This document shows, piece by piece, positions 35,999 through 45,379 of a stretch of 64,000 nucleotides of DNA (its first letter is position 1; each line of letters starts with the position of its first letter). Both the position numbers and the translations under genes were made by a program. This stretch comes from Glaciihabitans sp. (GTDB lineage Bacteria > Actinomycetota > Actinomycetes > Actinomycetales > Microbacteriaceae). The stretch lies in NCBI GenBank assembly GCA_025463465.1, contig JAODAO010000274.1:4097-68096 (forward strand), given 5' to 3'. The notes beneath the pieces were generated by a model that saw nothing but the letters and a program-made list of their open reading frames with translations, was not told where the DNA came from and did not search any database.

Positions 35999-36162
35999 GC
36001 ACTTCTCCCGCACCAACCCTCGTGATGCTGGGGGATGCCGGAACGCTGTGCGTGGGGGATTCCTGCGACGTACCACAGTCGGCTACACCGGCCAAGTCAC
36101 AACCGGTCGAGCCGACAACCCGCGCCATCGTTGTAGAAATGCTGGACTCCGGCAACGTATGA
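35995..36162 (+). CDS. Unannotated 55-aa peptide with CVGDSC (CxxxxC) motif
   Basis: TTG overlaps the frnE TGA (TTGA); RBS AAGGAGG at 35981-35987. MSTSPAPTLVMLGDAGTLCVGDSCDVPQSATPAKSQPVEPTTRAIVVEMLDSGNV. Confidence 0.75.
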   Translation: MSTSPAPTLVMLGDAGTLCVGDSCDVPQSATPAKSQPVEPTTRAIVVEMLDSGNV

Positions 36163-36256
36163 CCGGGACCGGGACCGGTGCCCGTGCCGCCGGGTAGCCC
36201 GTGCCGCTCGGTAGCCCGTGCCGGTGGACGGCGATGAGCCATCCACCGGTTTCGCG

Positions 36257-36730
36257 TCAGTCGGTGATGTCGGCGACGGTAGCGTCAAAACCGGCGATGA
36301 GATTGTCAGCGTCAACGAAGGCGCTGAAACCAGGCTCACCGGCACCCATTCCAATTCGTTGGCCCACGATACGTTCGTCGGCGAACACCGGCCACGACGT
36401 GCTGCTGCCCAGCGGCGTGATGGTTCCCCGCTCGAATCCCGTCGCCTCGAACGCTAAGGCGGCTTCCGGCATACGAAGTTTGTTCACCCCAACGACGGTG
36501 CGCAGCTTGCTCCAGGAGATCTGGCGGTCGCCCGGAACGAGGGCGAAAAGAAAACTGCCGTCGTGTCGTTTCACCACGAGAGTTTTGACGAGCCTCGCCG
36601 GGTCGATTCCTAATAGCGTCGCGGCGGCCTCGAGCGACTCTGCCGCCGGGCGCGCCACGATCTCAACCGCGATCCCGCGTGCCGCCGCGTCGGTCTGGAC
36701 ACGTGCTCGCCCGGTGATCTCTTCGGCCAT
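36257..36730 (-). CDS. YbaK/EbsC aminoacyl-tRNA deacylase family protein
   Basis: LVKTLVV, ALVPGD, ATGFERGTITPLG, MGAG. Confidence 0.9.
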   Translation of the reverse strand: MAEEITGRARVQTDAAARGIAVEIVARPAAESLEAAATLLGIDPARLVKTLVVKRHDGSFLFALVPGDRQISWSKLRTVVGVNKLRMPEAALAFEATGFERGTITPLGSSTSWPVFADERIVGQRIGMGAGEPGFSAFVDADNLIAGFDATVADITD

Positions 36731-36844
36731 GGTGGTCCCTGCTCTCATCTCGGTGTGTTGTGCACAGTGGCACCGTTGTGCCCAAATCCGGTGGGGGAGT
36801 GCACATCGACGTGTGTGGTCCGGTTATCTGGGAGAATTGGACCA

Positions 36845-38032
36845 ATGTCGACACTTATCGCCCCCGAAGCAGCCAACACCCCTGCCGTGACCGGCATTCC
36901 CGGTCCGCTGCGCATCGGCGCGCTCGAACTCGACGTGCCCGTGGTGCTTGCCCCGATGGCGGGCATCACCAACACCGCCTTCCGCCGGCTCTGCCGCGAA
37001 TATGGCGCCGGCCTGTACGTCAGCGAGATGATCACCAGCCGTGCGCTGGTCGAACGCACCCCCGAGAGTATGCGGTTGATCCGCCACCACGAATCGGAGA
37101 CGACGCGCAGCATCCAGCTGTACGGGGTCGACCCGAAAACCGTTGCGGAGGCGGTGACCATGCTGGTGGCCGAAGACCGTGCCGACCACATCGACCTGAA
37201 CTTCGGCTGCCCCGTTCCCAAGGTCACCCGCAAGGGCGGCGGAGCTGCCCTGCCGTGGAAGCTTGGCCTGTTCCGCGAGATCGTTGAGGGTGCGGTTGCC
37301 GCAGCCGGAGACATCCCCCTCACCGTGAAGATGCGCAAGGGAATCGACTCGGATCACCTCACCTACCTCGAGGCCGGCAAGGCAGCAGAGGGTGCCGGGG
37401 TCGCCAGCATTGCCCTGCACGCCCGCACCGCCGCAGAATTTTATTCGGGCACGGCCGACTGGTCCGCGATCGAGACTCTCAAAAACACCATCACCGGTAC
37501 ACCGGTCCTCGGCAACGGTGACATCTGGGCCGCCGAGGATGCCCTGCGCATGGTGCGAGAGACGGGCTGCGACGGTGTTGTTGTTGGCCGTGGCTGCCTC
37601 GGCCGCCCCTGGTTGTTTGGCGACCTCGCTGCTGCGTTCCGTGGCGAGAAGGTCAAGGCCCAGCCAAGCCTCGGTGACGTCGCCCGGGCGTTCAAACGCC
37701 ATGCTGAGCTCCTCACCGAATTCTTCGAAGAGGAAGACCGCGCCTGCCGCGACATCCGCAAACACGTCGCCTGGTACTTCAAGGGCTATTCCGTCGGTGG
37801 CGACCTGCGCGCGAAGCTCGCGATGGTGCAGACCCTCGCCCAACTCGACGACCTGCTCGGTACGCTCGACGCCGACCAGCCATACCCGGGAGCCGACGCG
37901 GAGGGCCAGCGCGGCCGCGCGGGAACCCCTAAGCGGCCGTCGCTACCCGAGCGGTGGCTCGACAGCCGGGAGATCCAGGACAGCCACCGCGCGGAACTCA
38001 GCCACGCGGAACTCAGCACAAGTGGAGGCTAA
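36845..38032 (+). CDS. dusB: tRNA dihydrouridine synthase DusB
   Basis: LAPMAGIT, IDLNFGCP, TVKMR, LHART, GNGDI, GRGCLGRPW. Confidence 0.95.
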   Translation: MSTLIAPEAANTPAVTGIPGPLRIGALELDVPVVLAPMAGITNTAFRRLCREYGAGLYVSEMITSRALVERTPESMRLIRHHESETTRSIQLYGVDPKTVAEAVTMLVAEDRADHIDLNFGCPVPKVTRKGGGAALPWKLGLFREIVEGAVAAAGDIPLTVKMRKGIDSDHLTYLEAGKAAEGAGVASIALHARTAAEFYSGTADWSAIETLKNTITGTPVLGNGDIWAAEDALRMVRETGCDGVVVGRGCLGRPWLFGDLAAAFRGEKVKAQPSLGDVARAFKRHAELLTEFFEEEDRACRDIRKHVAWYFKGYSVGGDLRAKLAMVQTLAQLDDLLGTLDADQPYPGADAEGQRGRAGTPKRPSLPERWLDSREIQDSHRAELSHAELSTSGG

Positions 38033-38036
38033 TTCC

Positions 38037-39296
38037 GTGCTCATCCCGGACCCATCGTCGGCATACACCGCCCACGACTCCGAGCGGTGGTTCTCCGAGG
38101 AGCACTACAGCCGGCGCAGTGATTTCGCGCGCGACCGGGCGCGGCTGCTGCATTCAAGCGCGCTTCGCCGTCTCGCTGCCAAAACCCAGGTGCTCAGCCC
38201 CGCGGCCGGCCTTGACTTCGCCAGGAACCGGCTCACCCACTCGCTCGAGGTGGCGCAGGTAGGTCGAGAGCTGGCAGCAAGCCTCGGTCTCGACCCCGAC
38301 GTGGTCGATACCGCCTGCCTCGCCCACGACCTCGGCCACCCGCCCTTTGGCCACAATGGCGAAAAGGCCCTGAACGATTGGTCGCTCGACGTGGGCGGGT
38401 TTGAGGGCAACGCCCAGACGCTGAGGCTACTGACCCGTATCGAACCCAAGGTCTTCGGCGCCGACGGCGAGAGCTACGGCCTGAACCTCACCCGCGCCAG
38501 CCTCGACGCCAGTTGCAAATATCCGTGGCCCGCCGCGCAGGGGGTCGCCGACCCCAGCGGGCGAAGCAAATTCGGTTTCTACTCCGACGACCTCGCTGCC
38601 TTCGAGTGGCTGCGCGCGGGAGCGCCGGACCGCCGGAAGTGTGTCGAGGCCCAGGTTATGGACCTGAGCGACGATATCGCGTACTCCGTCCACGACTTCG
38701 AGGACGCCGTGGTCAGCGGCTACATTGACGTGTCCGCTCTCAGCGCGCGCGTCAACCACAGCGAGCTCGTTGACTCGATGTTCGTCTGGATCGGTGGCGA
38801 GATCACCCACGACGAACTGATCGCAGCCTTCGACCGCCTCGACAACCTCGACCTGTGGCTGGAGTCGTTCGACGGCAGCCCCCGTGCCCAGGGTCGCCTC
38901 AAGAACCTGACGAGCGAGTTGATCGGCCGCTTCGCCGCGGCCTCCACCCAGGCCACCCGCGAAGCGTATCCGCAGGACACCCTCATCCGATTCCGTGCCA
39001 ACGTTGTTATCCCACGCGAGATCCAGGCCGAGATCGCCGTGCTCAAGGGCATCACGGCGGCATTTGTGATGTCGACGAACGCCCGTCGACCGATTTACGC
39101 CCAGCAGCGGGAAATGCTGACCGATCTTTCCAACGTGTTGCTTGCCGCCGGACCAGACCTGCTCGACCAGGCGTTCGCTGCCGAATGGGCGGCAGCGCCC
39201 TCCGACTCAGCCCGCAAACGCGTAGTGGTCGACCAGGTCGCCTCGCTCACCGACCAGTCCGCCATCGCCTGGCACGGCAGGCTCGTCACCGGGTGA
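38037..39296 (+). CDS. dgt: Deoxyguanosinetriphosphate triphosphohydrolase
   Basis: RDRAR...RRLAAKTQV, RNRLTHSLEV, HDLGHPPFGHNGE, FEGNAQ, DDIAY. Confidence 0.95.
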   Translation: MLIPDPSSAYTAHDSERWFSEEHYSRRSDFARDRARLLHSSALRRLAAKTQVLSPAAGLDFARNRLTHSLEVAQVGRELAASLGLDPDVVDTACLAHDLGHPPFGHNGEKALNDWSLDVGGFEGNAQTLRLLTRIEPKVFGADGESYGLNLTRASLDASCKYPWPAAQGVADPSGRSKFGFYSDDLAAFEWLRAGAPDRRKCVEAQVMDLSDDIAYSVHDFEDAVVSGYIDVSALSARVNHSELVDSMFVWIGGEITHDELIAAFDRLDNLDLWLESFDGSPRAQGRLKNLTSELIGRFAAASTQATREAYPQDTLIRFRANVVIPREIQAEIAVLKGITAAFVMSTNARRPIYAQQREMLTDLSNVLLAAGPDLLDQAFAAEWAAAPSDSARKRVVVDQVASLTDQSAIAWHGRLVTG

Positions 39297-39372
39297 ATCC
39301 AACACGCCCGGCTTATCCCCAGAGTGACCGCGCAGCAAGCGCTGGTCCCACCAACAAACTTAGAATCGGAAC

Positions 39373-41340
39373 ATGGCTGGACTGATCCGACGCAACGACA
39401 TCGACGAGGTGAGGTCGCGCACCAACCTCGCAGACATCGTTGGCGACTACGTCACGCTGAAAAATGCGGGGGTCGGCTCCATGAAGGGGCTGTGCCCGTT
39501 CCACGAGGAACGAAGCCCGAGCTTCCACGTCCGCCCGCAGGTGGGTTTCTACCACTGCTTCGGGTGCGGCGAGGGTGGGGATGTCTTCACATTCCTGCAG
39601 AAAATGGATCACGTCACCTTCTCCGAAGCTGTCGAACGGATGGCGGGGCGACTCGGCTACGAACTGCACTACGAAGACGGTGGCTCAGCGGTCGATCACG
39701 GCAACAAGGCGCGCATCCTGTCGGCGAACAAGGCCGCTGAGGACTTCTTCATCGCACAGCTCGCGACCCCGGAGGCGGAACTCGGCCGGGTGTTCCTCGG
39801 CCAGCGGGGCTTCGACCACTCCGCTGCGGAGCGCTTTGGTGTCGGTTACGCCCCCAAGTCATACGACGCCCTCGGCAAACACCTGAAAACCCTCGGCTAC
39901 ACCGAGGCGGAACTCGTCACCGCCGGACTTCTCGGCCAGGGTGACCGTGGGGCCTACGACCGGTTCCGCGGCCGGCTCGTCTGGCCCATCCGCGACGTCA
40001 CCGGCCAGACCCTCGGCTTCGGCGCACGCCGGTTGCGTGACGATGACACCGGCCCCAAGTACCTGAACACCCCGGAAACTCCCGTGTACCACAAGAGCCA
40101 GGTGCTTTACGGGCTTGACCTCGCCAAGCGCGACGTCGCCCGCGGGCGCCAGATCGTGGTTGTGGAGGGATACACCGACGTAATGGCCTGCCACCTTGCC
40201 GGGGTCACCACCGCAGTGGCCACCTGTGGAACCGCGTTCGGTGTTGACCACGTCAAGATCGTGCGCCGGGTACTCGGCGATGTCGCCAACTCCGACACAA
40301 CGGGCACGGGGGAGGTCATTTTCACCTTCGACCCCGACGAAGCGGGACAGAAGGCAGCCAGCCGTGCCTTCAGCGAAGAGCAGCGTTTCACCGCCCAGAC
40401 TTTCGTCGCCGTCGCACCCGACGGCCTCGATCCCTGCGACCTGCGGCTGAACAGGGGCGACGACGCCGTGCGGCGCCTCGTCACCACACGCAAGCCGATG
40501 TTCGAATTTATGATCAGGCGCACCCTGGCCGGCCACAACCTCGAAACGGTTGAGGGGCGTGTCGCTGCCCTCCGTGCGTCCGCCCCGGTGGTTGCCGGAA
40601 TTCGCGACCAGTCGATGGGTATTGGTTACACCCGCAACCTCGCCGGCTGGCTCGGCGTCGACCCAAGCGAGGTCACCCGGGCCGTCGCCGCTGCGCGCAC
40701 CGCTCTGGCACGTTCCTCGACGGAAGCTGACGGCGCAAGTGCCACCCGTGACCGTGGCTCCGCAGATCCGGGCAACCGGCCGGCGCCCGCTGGCAGTGCG
40801 GTTGCCGAATACCATCCGACTGGCGGCGAGCTGGAGCAGCAGGGATTTGATCCAGCGGGGGAGAGCGGCCCGTCGATTATGGACCTCCCGACCGACCAGG
40901 CCACCCGGTTGGAACGGGACGCGTTGATGGCAATGTTGCAGTACCCCACGGAGATCGGGGCGGAGATGCTCGCACGGGCCACCGTCGTCGGTTTCTCCAA
41001 CAACACCCTCTCCGTCATTCGTGACGCCGTCGCGACCAGCCTCGAGTTCATCAACTCGTCCGAGTGGGTGGCGGCCGTTGTACGCGCTGTTCCTTCCCCG
41101 TTCGCCTCACTGGTGCAGCAACTCGCCATCGCGCCCATTCCCCAGCGGGCTGAGCAGATTCCCGACTACTGCCGGGAGATCGCGGCGTCACTGATCCAGC
41201 TCGACCTGCTTCGCGCGAAAGCGGATTTGCTGGGCTCTCTGCAGCGCACCGACCCCGTCGCGGAACCGGAACGATACGCACAGATCCAGCAGGACCTGAT
41301 GCGGGTCGAACAGGAACGGCGCACGCTGCGCAACGAGTGA
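39373..41340 (+). CDS. dnaG: DNA primase
   Basis: CPFH...CFGC zinc finger, PKYLNTPET, VEGYTDV, FDPDEAG (TOPRIM). Confidence 0.97.
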   Translation: MAGLIRRNDIDEVRSRTNLADIVGDYVTLKNAGVGSMKGLCPFHEERSPSFHVRPQVGFYHCFGCGEGGDVFTFLQKMDHVTFSEAVERMAGRLGYELHYEDGGSAVDHGNKARILSANKAAEDFFIAQLATPEAELGRVFLGQRGFDHSAAERFGVGYAPKSYDALGKHLKTLGYTEAELVTAGLLGQGDRGAYDRFRGRLVWPIRDVTGQTLGFGARRLRDDDTGPKYLNTPETPVYHKSQVLYGLDLAKRDVARGRQIVVVEGYTDVMACHLAGVTTAVATCGTAFGVDHVKIVRRVLGDVANSDTTGTGEVIFTFDPDEAGQKAASRAFSEEQRFTAQTFVAVAPDGLDPCDLRLNRGDDAVRRLVTTRKPMFEFMIRRTLAGHNLETVEGRVAALRASAPVVAGIRDQSMGIGYTRNLAGWLGVDPSEVTRAVAAARTALARSSTEADGASATRDRGSADPGNRPAPAGSAVAEYHPTGGELEQQGFDPAGESGPSIMDLPTDQATRLERDALMAMLQYPTEIGAEMLARATVVGFSNNTLSVIRDAVATSLEFINSSEWVAAVVRAVPSPFASLVQQLAIAPIPQRAEQIPDYCREIAASLIQLDLLRAKADLLGSLQRTDPVAEPERYAQIQQDLMRVEQERRTLRNE

Positions 41341-41509
41341 GGTGACGTGGTGGATATATTCCATTCACGTAAACAATGACGCGGTGGCGCCATTCTGCCG
41401 CAGGAGTGCTCATTTTCTGTGTTACACCTAAGTCACTGCATACGTCTGCGCTTCGGCGCGCACAGCACATTCGTTCCCCTGTCACCAATGAGGAAGAGGT
41501 AGACGCACA

Positions 41510-43138
41510 ATGACGTCCACATCCAAGACAACAAAACGCGTGTTTGGCGTGATTGCCGGCAGCGCGGCATTCGGCCTGATGCTCGCCGGCTGCGCCGGCG
41601 ACGGCACCGACAGCGCCAACGAGGGTTCCGGCGACACCCTCCTCGTGGGTACCACCGACAAGGTCACGTTCCTTGACCCGGCCGGTTCCTACGACAACGG
41701 TTCTTTCACCGTGATGAACCAGATCTACCCGTTCCTGATGAACTCGGTCCCCGGAAGCTCCGATGTCGAGCCCGACATCGCCGAGTCCGCCGAGTACACC
41801 GCCCCGAACGACTACACGGTCGTCCTCAAGGACGGACTCACCTTTGCCAACGGCAACGAGCTGACTTCGTCGGACGTCAAGTTCAGCTTCGACCGCCAGC
41901 TCGCGATCAACGACGTCAACGGCCCGTCGGTCCTTCTCGGAAACCTCGACAGCGTCGAGGCCGTGGACGACACCACCGTCGTCTTCCACCTGAAGAACGG
42001 CAACGACCAGACGTTCGCCCAGATTCTCTCCAGCCCCGCCGCACCGATCGTCGATGAGGAAGTTTTCTCCGCCGACGCGGTCACTCCGGACAAAGAAATC
42101 GTTGATGGCAAAGCATTCGCTGGCCAGTTCACGATCTCCAGCTACGACTTCAACAACCTGATCGAGTTCGAAGCTAACGCAGACTACGACGGCGTCCTTG
42201 GCGCAGCCTCAACGCCGACGGTCCAGCTCAAGTACTACACCGAGGCTGCAAACCTGAAGCTCGACGTTCAGGAAGGCAACATCGACGTCGCGTACAAGAA
42301 CCTCTCGGCCACCGACGTAGCCGACCTGCAGGACAACGACGACGTCAAGGTTGAGATCGGCCCCGGCGGCGAAATCCGCTACATCGTCTTCAACTTCAAC
42401 ACCCAGCCGTTCGGCGCGAGCACCCCCGAGGCCGACCCGGCCAAGGCACTCGCCGTCCGCCAGGCCGTCGCGAACCTCGTTGACCGCGAGCAGATCGCCG
42501 ACCAGGTCTACAAGGGCACCTACCTGCCGCTGTACTCCTACGTACCCGACGGACTGACCGGCGCCACCGAGGTCCTCAAGGACCTCTACGGAACCGACGG
42601 CGGACCCGACGAGGACAAGGCAGCAGCTGCACTGGCCGATGCCGGCATCACCACCCCGGTTACGCTGAACCTGCAGTACAACCCGGACCACTACGGCGAG
42701 TCCTCGGGCGACGAGTACGCCCTGGTAAAGAGCCAGCTGGAGGAGGGTGGACTGTTCACCGTCAACCTGCAGTCCACAGAGTGGGTCCAGTACTCCAAGG
42801 ACCGTAGCTCCGACGTGTACCCGGAGTACCAGCTCGGCTGGTTCCCCGACTACTCCGACGCTGACAACTACCTGACGCCGTTCTTCACCACGGACAACTT
42901 CCTGGCGAACCACTACGACAACCAGGAGGTCAACGACATGATCGTGGCTCAGGCCACCGAAACCGACCCGGCCGCACGCACCGCCATGATCGAGGACATC
43001 CAGGCAGCTGTCGCTGCCGACCTGTCCACCGTTCCGCTGCTGCAGGGATCGCAGGTCGCCGTCACCGGCACCAACGTGACCGGTACCACGCTCGACGGTT
43101 CGTTCAAGTTCCGCTTTGGCACCATGTCGATCGGCTAA
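41510..43138 (+). CDS. Peptide/nickel ABC transporter substrate-binding lipoprotein (family 5)
   Basis: Lipobox LAGC, LDPA, DVKFSFDR, VRQAV...VDR. Confidence 0.93.
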   Translation: MTSTSKTTKRVFGVIAGSAAFGLMLAGCAGDGTDSANEGSGDTLLVGTTDKVTFLDPAGSYDNGSFTVMNQIYPFLMNSVPGSSDVEPDIAESAEYTAPNDYTVVLKDGLTFANGNELTSSDVKFSFDRQLAINDVNGPSVLLGNLDSVEAVDDTTVVFHLKNGNDQTFAQILSSPAAPIVDEEVFSADAVTPDKEIVDGKAFAGQFTISSYDFNNLIEFEANADYDGVLGAASTPTVQLKYYTEAANLKLDVQEGNIDVAYKNLSATDVADLQDNDDVKVEIGPGGEIRYIVFNFNTQPFGASTPEADPAKALAVRQAVANLVDREQIADQVYKGTYLPLYSYVPDGLTGATEVLKDLYGTDGGPDEDKAAAALADAGITTPVTLNLQYNPDHYGESSGDEYALVKSQLEEGGLFTVNLQSTEWVQYSKDRSSDVYPEYQLGWFPDYSDADNYLTPFFTTDNFLANHYDNQEVNDMIVAQATETDPAARTAMIEDIQAAVAADLSTVPLLQGSQVAVTGTNVTGTTLDGSFKFRFGTMSIG

Positions 43139-43173
43139 CGCCAGCCCGTTAGAGTCTTCACAGCACAATGATT

Positions 43174-43205
43174 GGGGGCGACCCGCAGACATGCGGATCG
43201 CCCCC
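43174..43205 (+). terminator. Hairpin after substrate-binding protein gene (mRNA stabiliser or attenuator)
   Basis: GGGGGCGACCCGCA-GACA-TGCGGATCGCCCCC. Confidence 0.55.
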
Positions 43206-43235
43206 GGTTCTTTAACCCAGAACGAATAGGTAGTT

Positions 43236-44330
43236 ATGACCGCGACCACTCAAGCCGAAGTGACTCCGCCGGGCGTGCGTTCACGCCGTCCACGCGGAGG
43301 CGGTGGATCCAACCCCCTGCTGCGTTACATCATCGTGCGCTTCCTCCTCATCTTTCCCACCGTTTTTATCCTTGTCAGCATGGTCTTCCTGCTGATGCGG
43401 GTGATCGGCGACCCCATCACCGCGGCCCTCGGCGGCCGGCTGACCGCCGACCAGCTGGCCGATCGCATCGCGGAAGCCGGCTACGACCGGCCCGTGTTTG
43501 TTCAGTACTTCGAATACCTCGGCCAGGTGTTCACCGGCAACTTCGGCAACGCCATCACCGACGGGCGACCGGTCGTTGAGATCCTCGCCACCTATGGTGT
43601 CGCCACCCTCGAGCTGGCCTTCTATGCCCTCGTCGTCGCGTTTATCATCGGTATCCCGCTCGGCCTCGTCGCTGCTTACTTCCGTGACCGGTGGCCGGAC
43701 GCCGTCCTCCGTGTTGTCGCCATCCTCTGGTACGCGACCCCCGTTTTCTTCGCTGGCCTCGTCCTCAAGCTGATCTTCTCCGTCTGGCTCAAGGTCCTCC
43801 CCGTCGCCGGCCGTGCCAGCACCCGCACGGAGCTGAACCTCCAGTCGGTTGACGGTCGAACCGGTATCTACCTCATTGACGCCATCCTCTCGGGACGGGG
43901 CGCGGCCATCACCGATGTGCTCTCCCACGCGGTCCTCCCTGGCATCACCCTCGGGCTGCTCACCGCCGGCGTATTCCTGCGCCTCGTGCGCACCAACGTC
44001 ATTGGAACCCTTTCCATGGACTACGTGGACGCCGCCCGCTCCCGCGGTGTCAGCGAATTCCGGCTGGTGCGCAAACACGCCTACAAGCCGGCCCTGATCC
44101 CGATCATCACCGTCATAGGGCTGCAGATCGCGCTCCTGCTCGGAGGTGCCGTGCTGACCGAGACAACCTTCGAGTGGAAGGGTCTCGGCTTTCAACTCGC
44201 CCAGTACCTCGCTGCGCGCGACTTCGTCGCCGTGCAGGGTATCGTCGCGCTGCTGGCCGTCATCGTCGCCCTCACCAACTTCATCGTCGACATTCTTGCG
44301 GCGCTCATCGACCCGAGAGTCAGGTACTGA
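43236..44330 (+). CDS. Peptide ABC permease (DppB/OppB)
   Basis: DYVDAARSRG EAA loop, LLGGAVLTETTF, IDPRVRY. Confidence 0.94.
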   Translation: MTATTQAEVTPPGVRSRRPRGGGGSNPLLRYIIVRFLLIFPTVFILVSMVFLLMRVIGDPITAALGGRLTADQLADRIAEAGYDRPVFVQYFEYLGQVFTGNFGNAITDGRPVVEILATYGVATLELAFYALVVAFIIGIPLGLVAAYFRDRWPDAVLRVVAILWYATPVFFAGLVLKLIFSVWLKVLPVAGRASTRTELNLQSVDGRTGIYLIDAILSGRGAAITDVLSHAVLPGITLGLLTAGVFLRLVRTNVIGTLSMDYVDAARSRGVSEFRLVRKHAYKPALIPIITVIGLQIALLLGGAVLTETTFEWKGLGFQLAQYLAARDFVAVQGIVALLAVIVALTNFIVDILAALIDPRVRY

Positions 44331-45379
44331 TGACCTCCCCACTGAACCCCGTCGCTTCTCCCGCCGTGCGCAAAGAGTCGTTCCTGAAGCGCCTGCCCGT
44401 TATCCGCCAGCTCCGCCAAAGCGTTGGCCTCCAACGCGGCATGCTGGTCGCCGGCCTGATTATCTCGGGGATATTCGTCCTCGTCGCAATCTTCGCCCCC
44501 CTCCTCGCCCCCTACGGCTACTCGCAACTGAAAGATGACAACGGCACCTTCGGCGCCCAGCTACCCCCGGGTGGTGACCATGTCCTCGGGACAACGGTCG
44601 GCGGCTACGACGTGTTGTCCCGCGTGATTTGGGGAGCCCAGACGGCGCTTACGGTCATTGTTGTCGCCGTGGCGCTTTCCATCTTTGCCGGCATCATTAT
44701 CGGAGTCGTCTCCGGTTACATCGGCGGTTGGCTCGACCGCGTCCTTGTGGTTATCGCCGACGCCGTCTACGCATTCCCGTCTCTGTTGCTCGCCATCGTC
44801 GCCGCCATCATCATCAGCGGTGGGCAGTCGAACCTGTGGTCCGGAATCTTCTCGGCGGCGCTGTCGATCACGGTGGTGTTCATTCCGCAGTATTTCCGTG
44901 TGATCCGGGCGGAAACAGTACGGATCAAGTCCGAGGCGTACGTCGAATCTGCCAAGGTCATCGGCACCGGCACCGGCCGCATCATGTTCCGCCACGTGCT
45001 GCGCAACGCGACCCGCTCGCTGCCCCTCATCTTCACGCTCAACGCCTCTGAGGCCGTATCCACCCTCGCGGCCCTCGGCTTCCTCGGCTTCGGTATCGAA
45101 CCGACCTCCGCCGCAGAGTGGGGTTACGACCTCAACAAGTCGCTGTCCGACGTGACCAGCGGCATCTGGTGGACCTCGATCTTCCCCGGCACCGCCATCG
45201 TCCTGGTGATCCTCGGCCTCACCCTTGTCGGTGAGAGCCTGAACGACCTCACCGATCCCCGCCTGCGCAACCGCCGTCGTGCGAAGAACTCAGCGGACCC
45301 GACCGCGGAGACCACCGTTGTCCCCGGTGGCACCCTCGATTCCGTGTCCGACATCGACACCCTGGAGGCACGACCATGA
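44330..45379 (+). CDS. Peptide ABC permease (DppC/OppC)
   Basis: HVLGT...DVLSRVIWG, YVESAKVIG, RHVLRN, GESLNDL. Confidence 0.94.
   Translation: MTSPLNPVASPAVRKESFLKRLPVIRQLRQSVGLQRGMLVAGLIISGIFVLVAIFAPLLAPYGYSQLKDDNGTFGAQLPPGGDHVLGTTVGGYDVLSRVIWGAQTALTVIVVAVALSIFAGIIIGVVSGYIGGWLDRVLVVIADAVYAFPSLLLAIVAAIIISGGQSNLWSGIFSAALSITVVFIPQYFRVIRAETVRIKSEAYVESAKVIGTGTGRIMFRHVLRNATRSLPLIFTLNASEAVSTLAALGFLGFGIEPTSAAEWGYDLNKSLSDVTSGIWWTSIFPGTAIVLVILGLTLVGESLNDLTDPRLRNRRRAKNSADPTAETTVVPGGTLDSVSDIDTLEARP

Noticed and set aside
40690-40880. Low-complexity insert in DnaG as an intein or extra domain
   Set aside because: Short, lacks intein terminal motifs, and lies in the variable linker before the helicase-binding domain.
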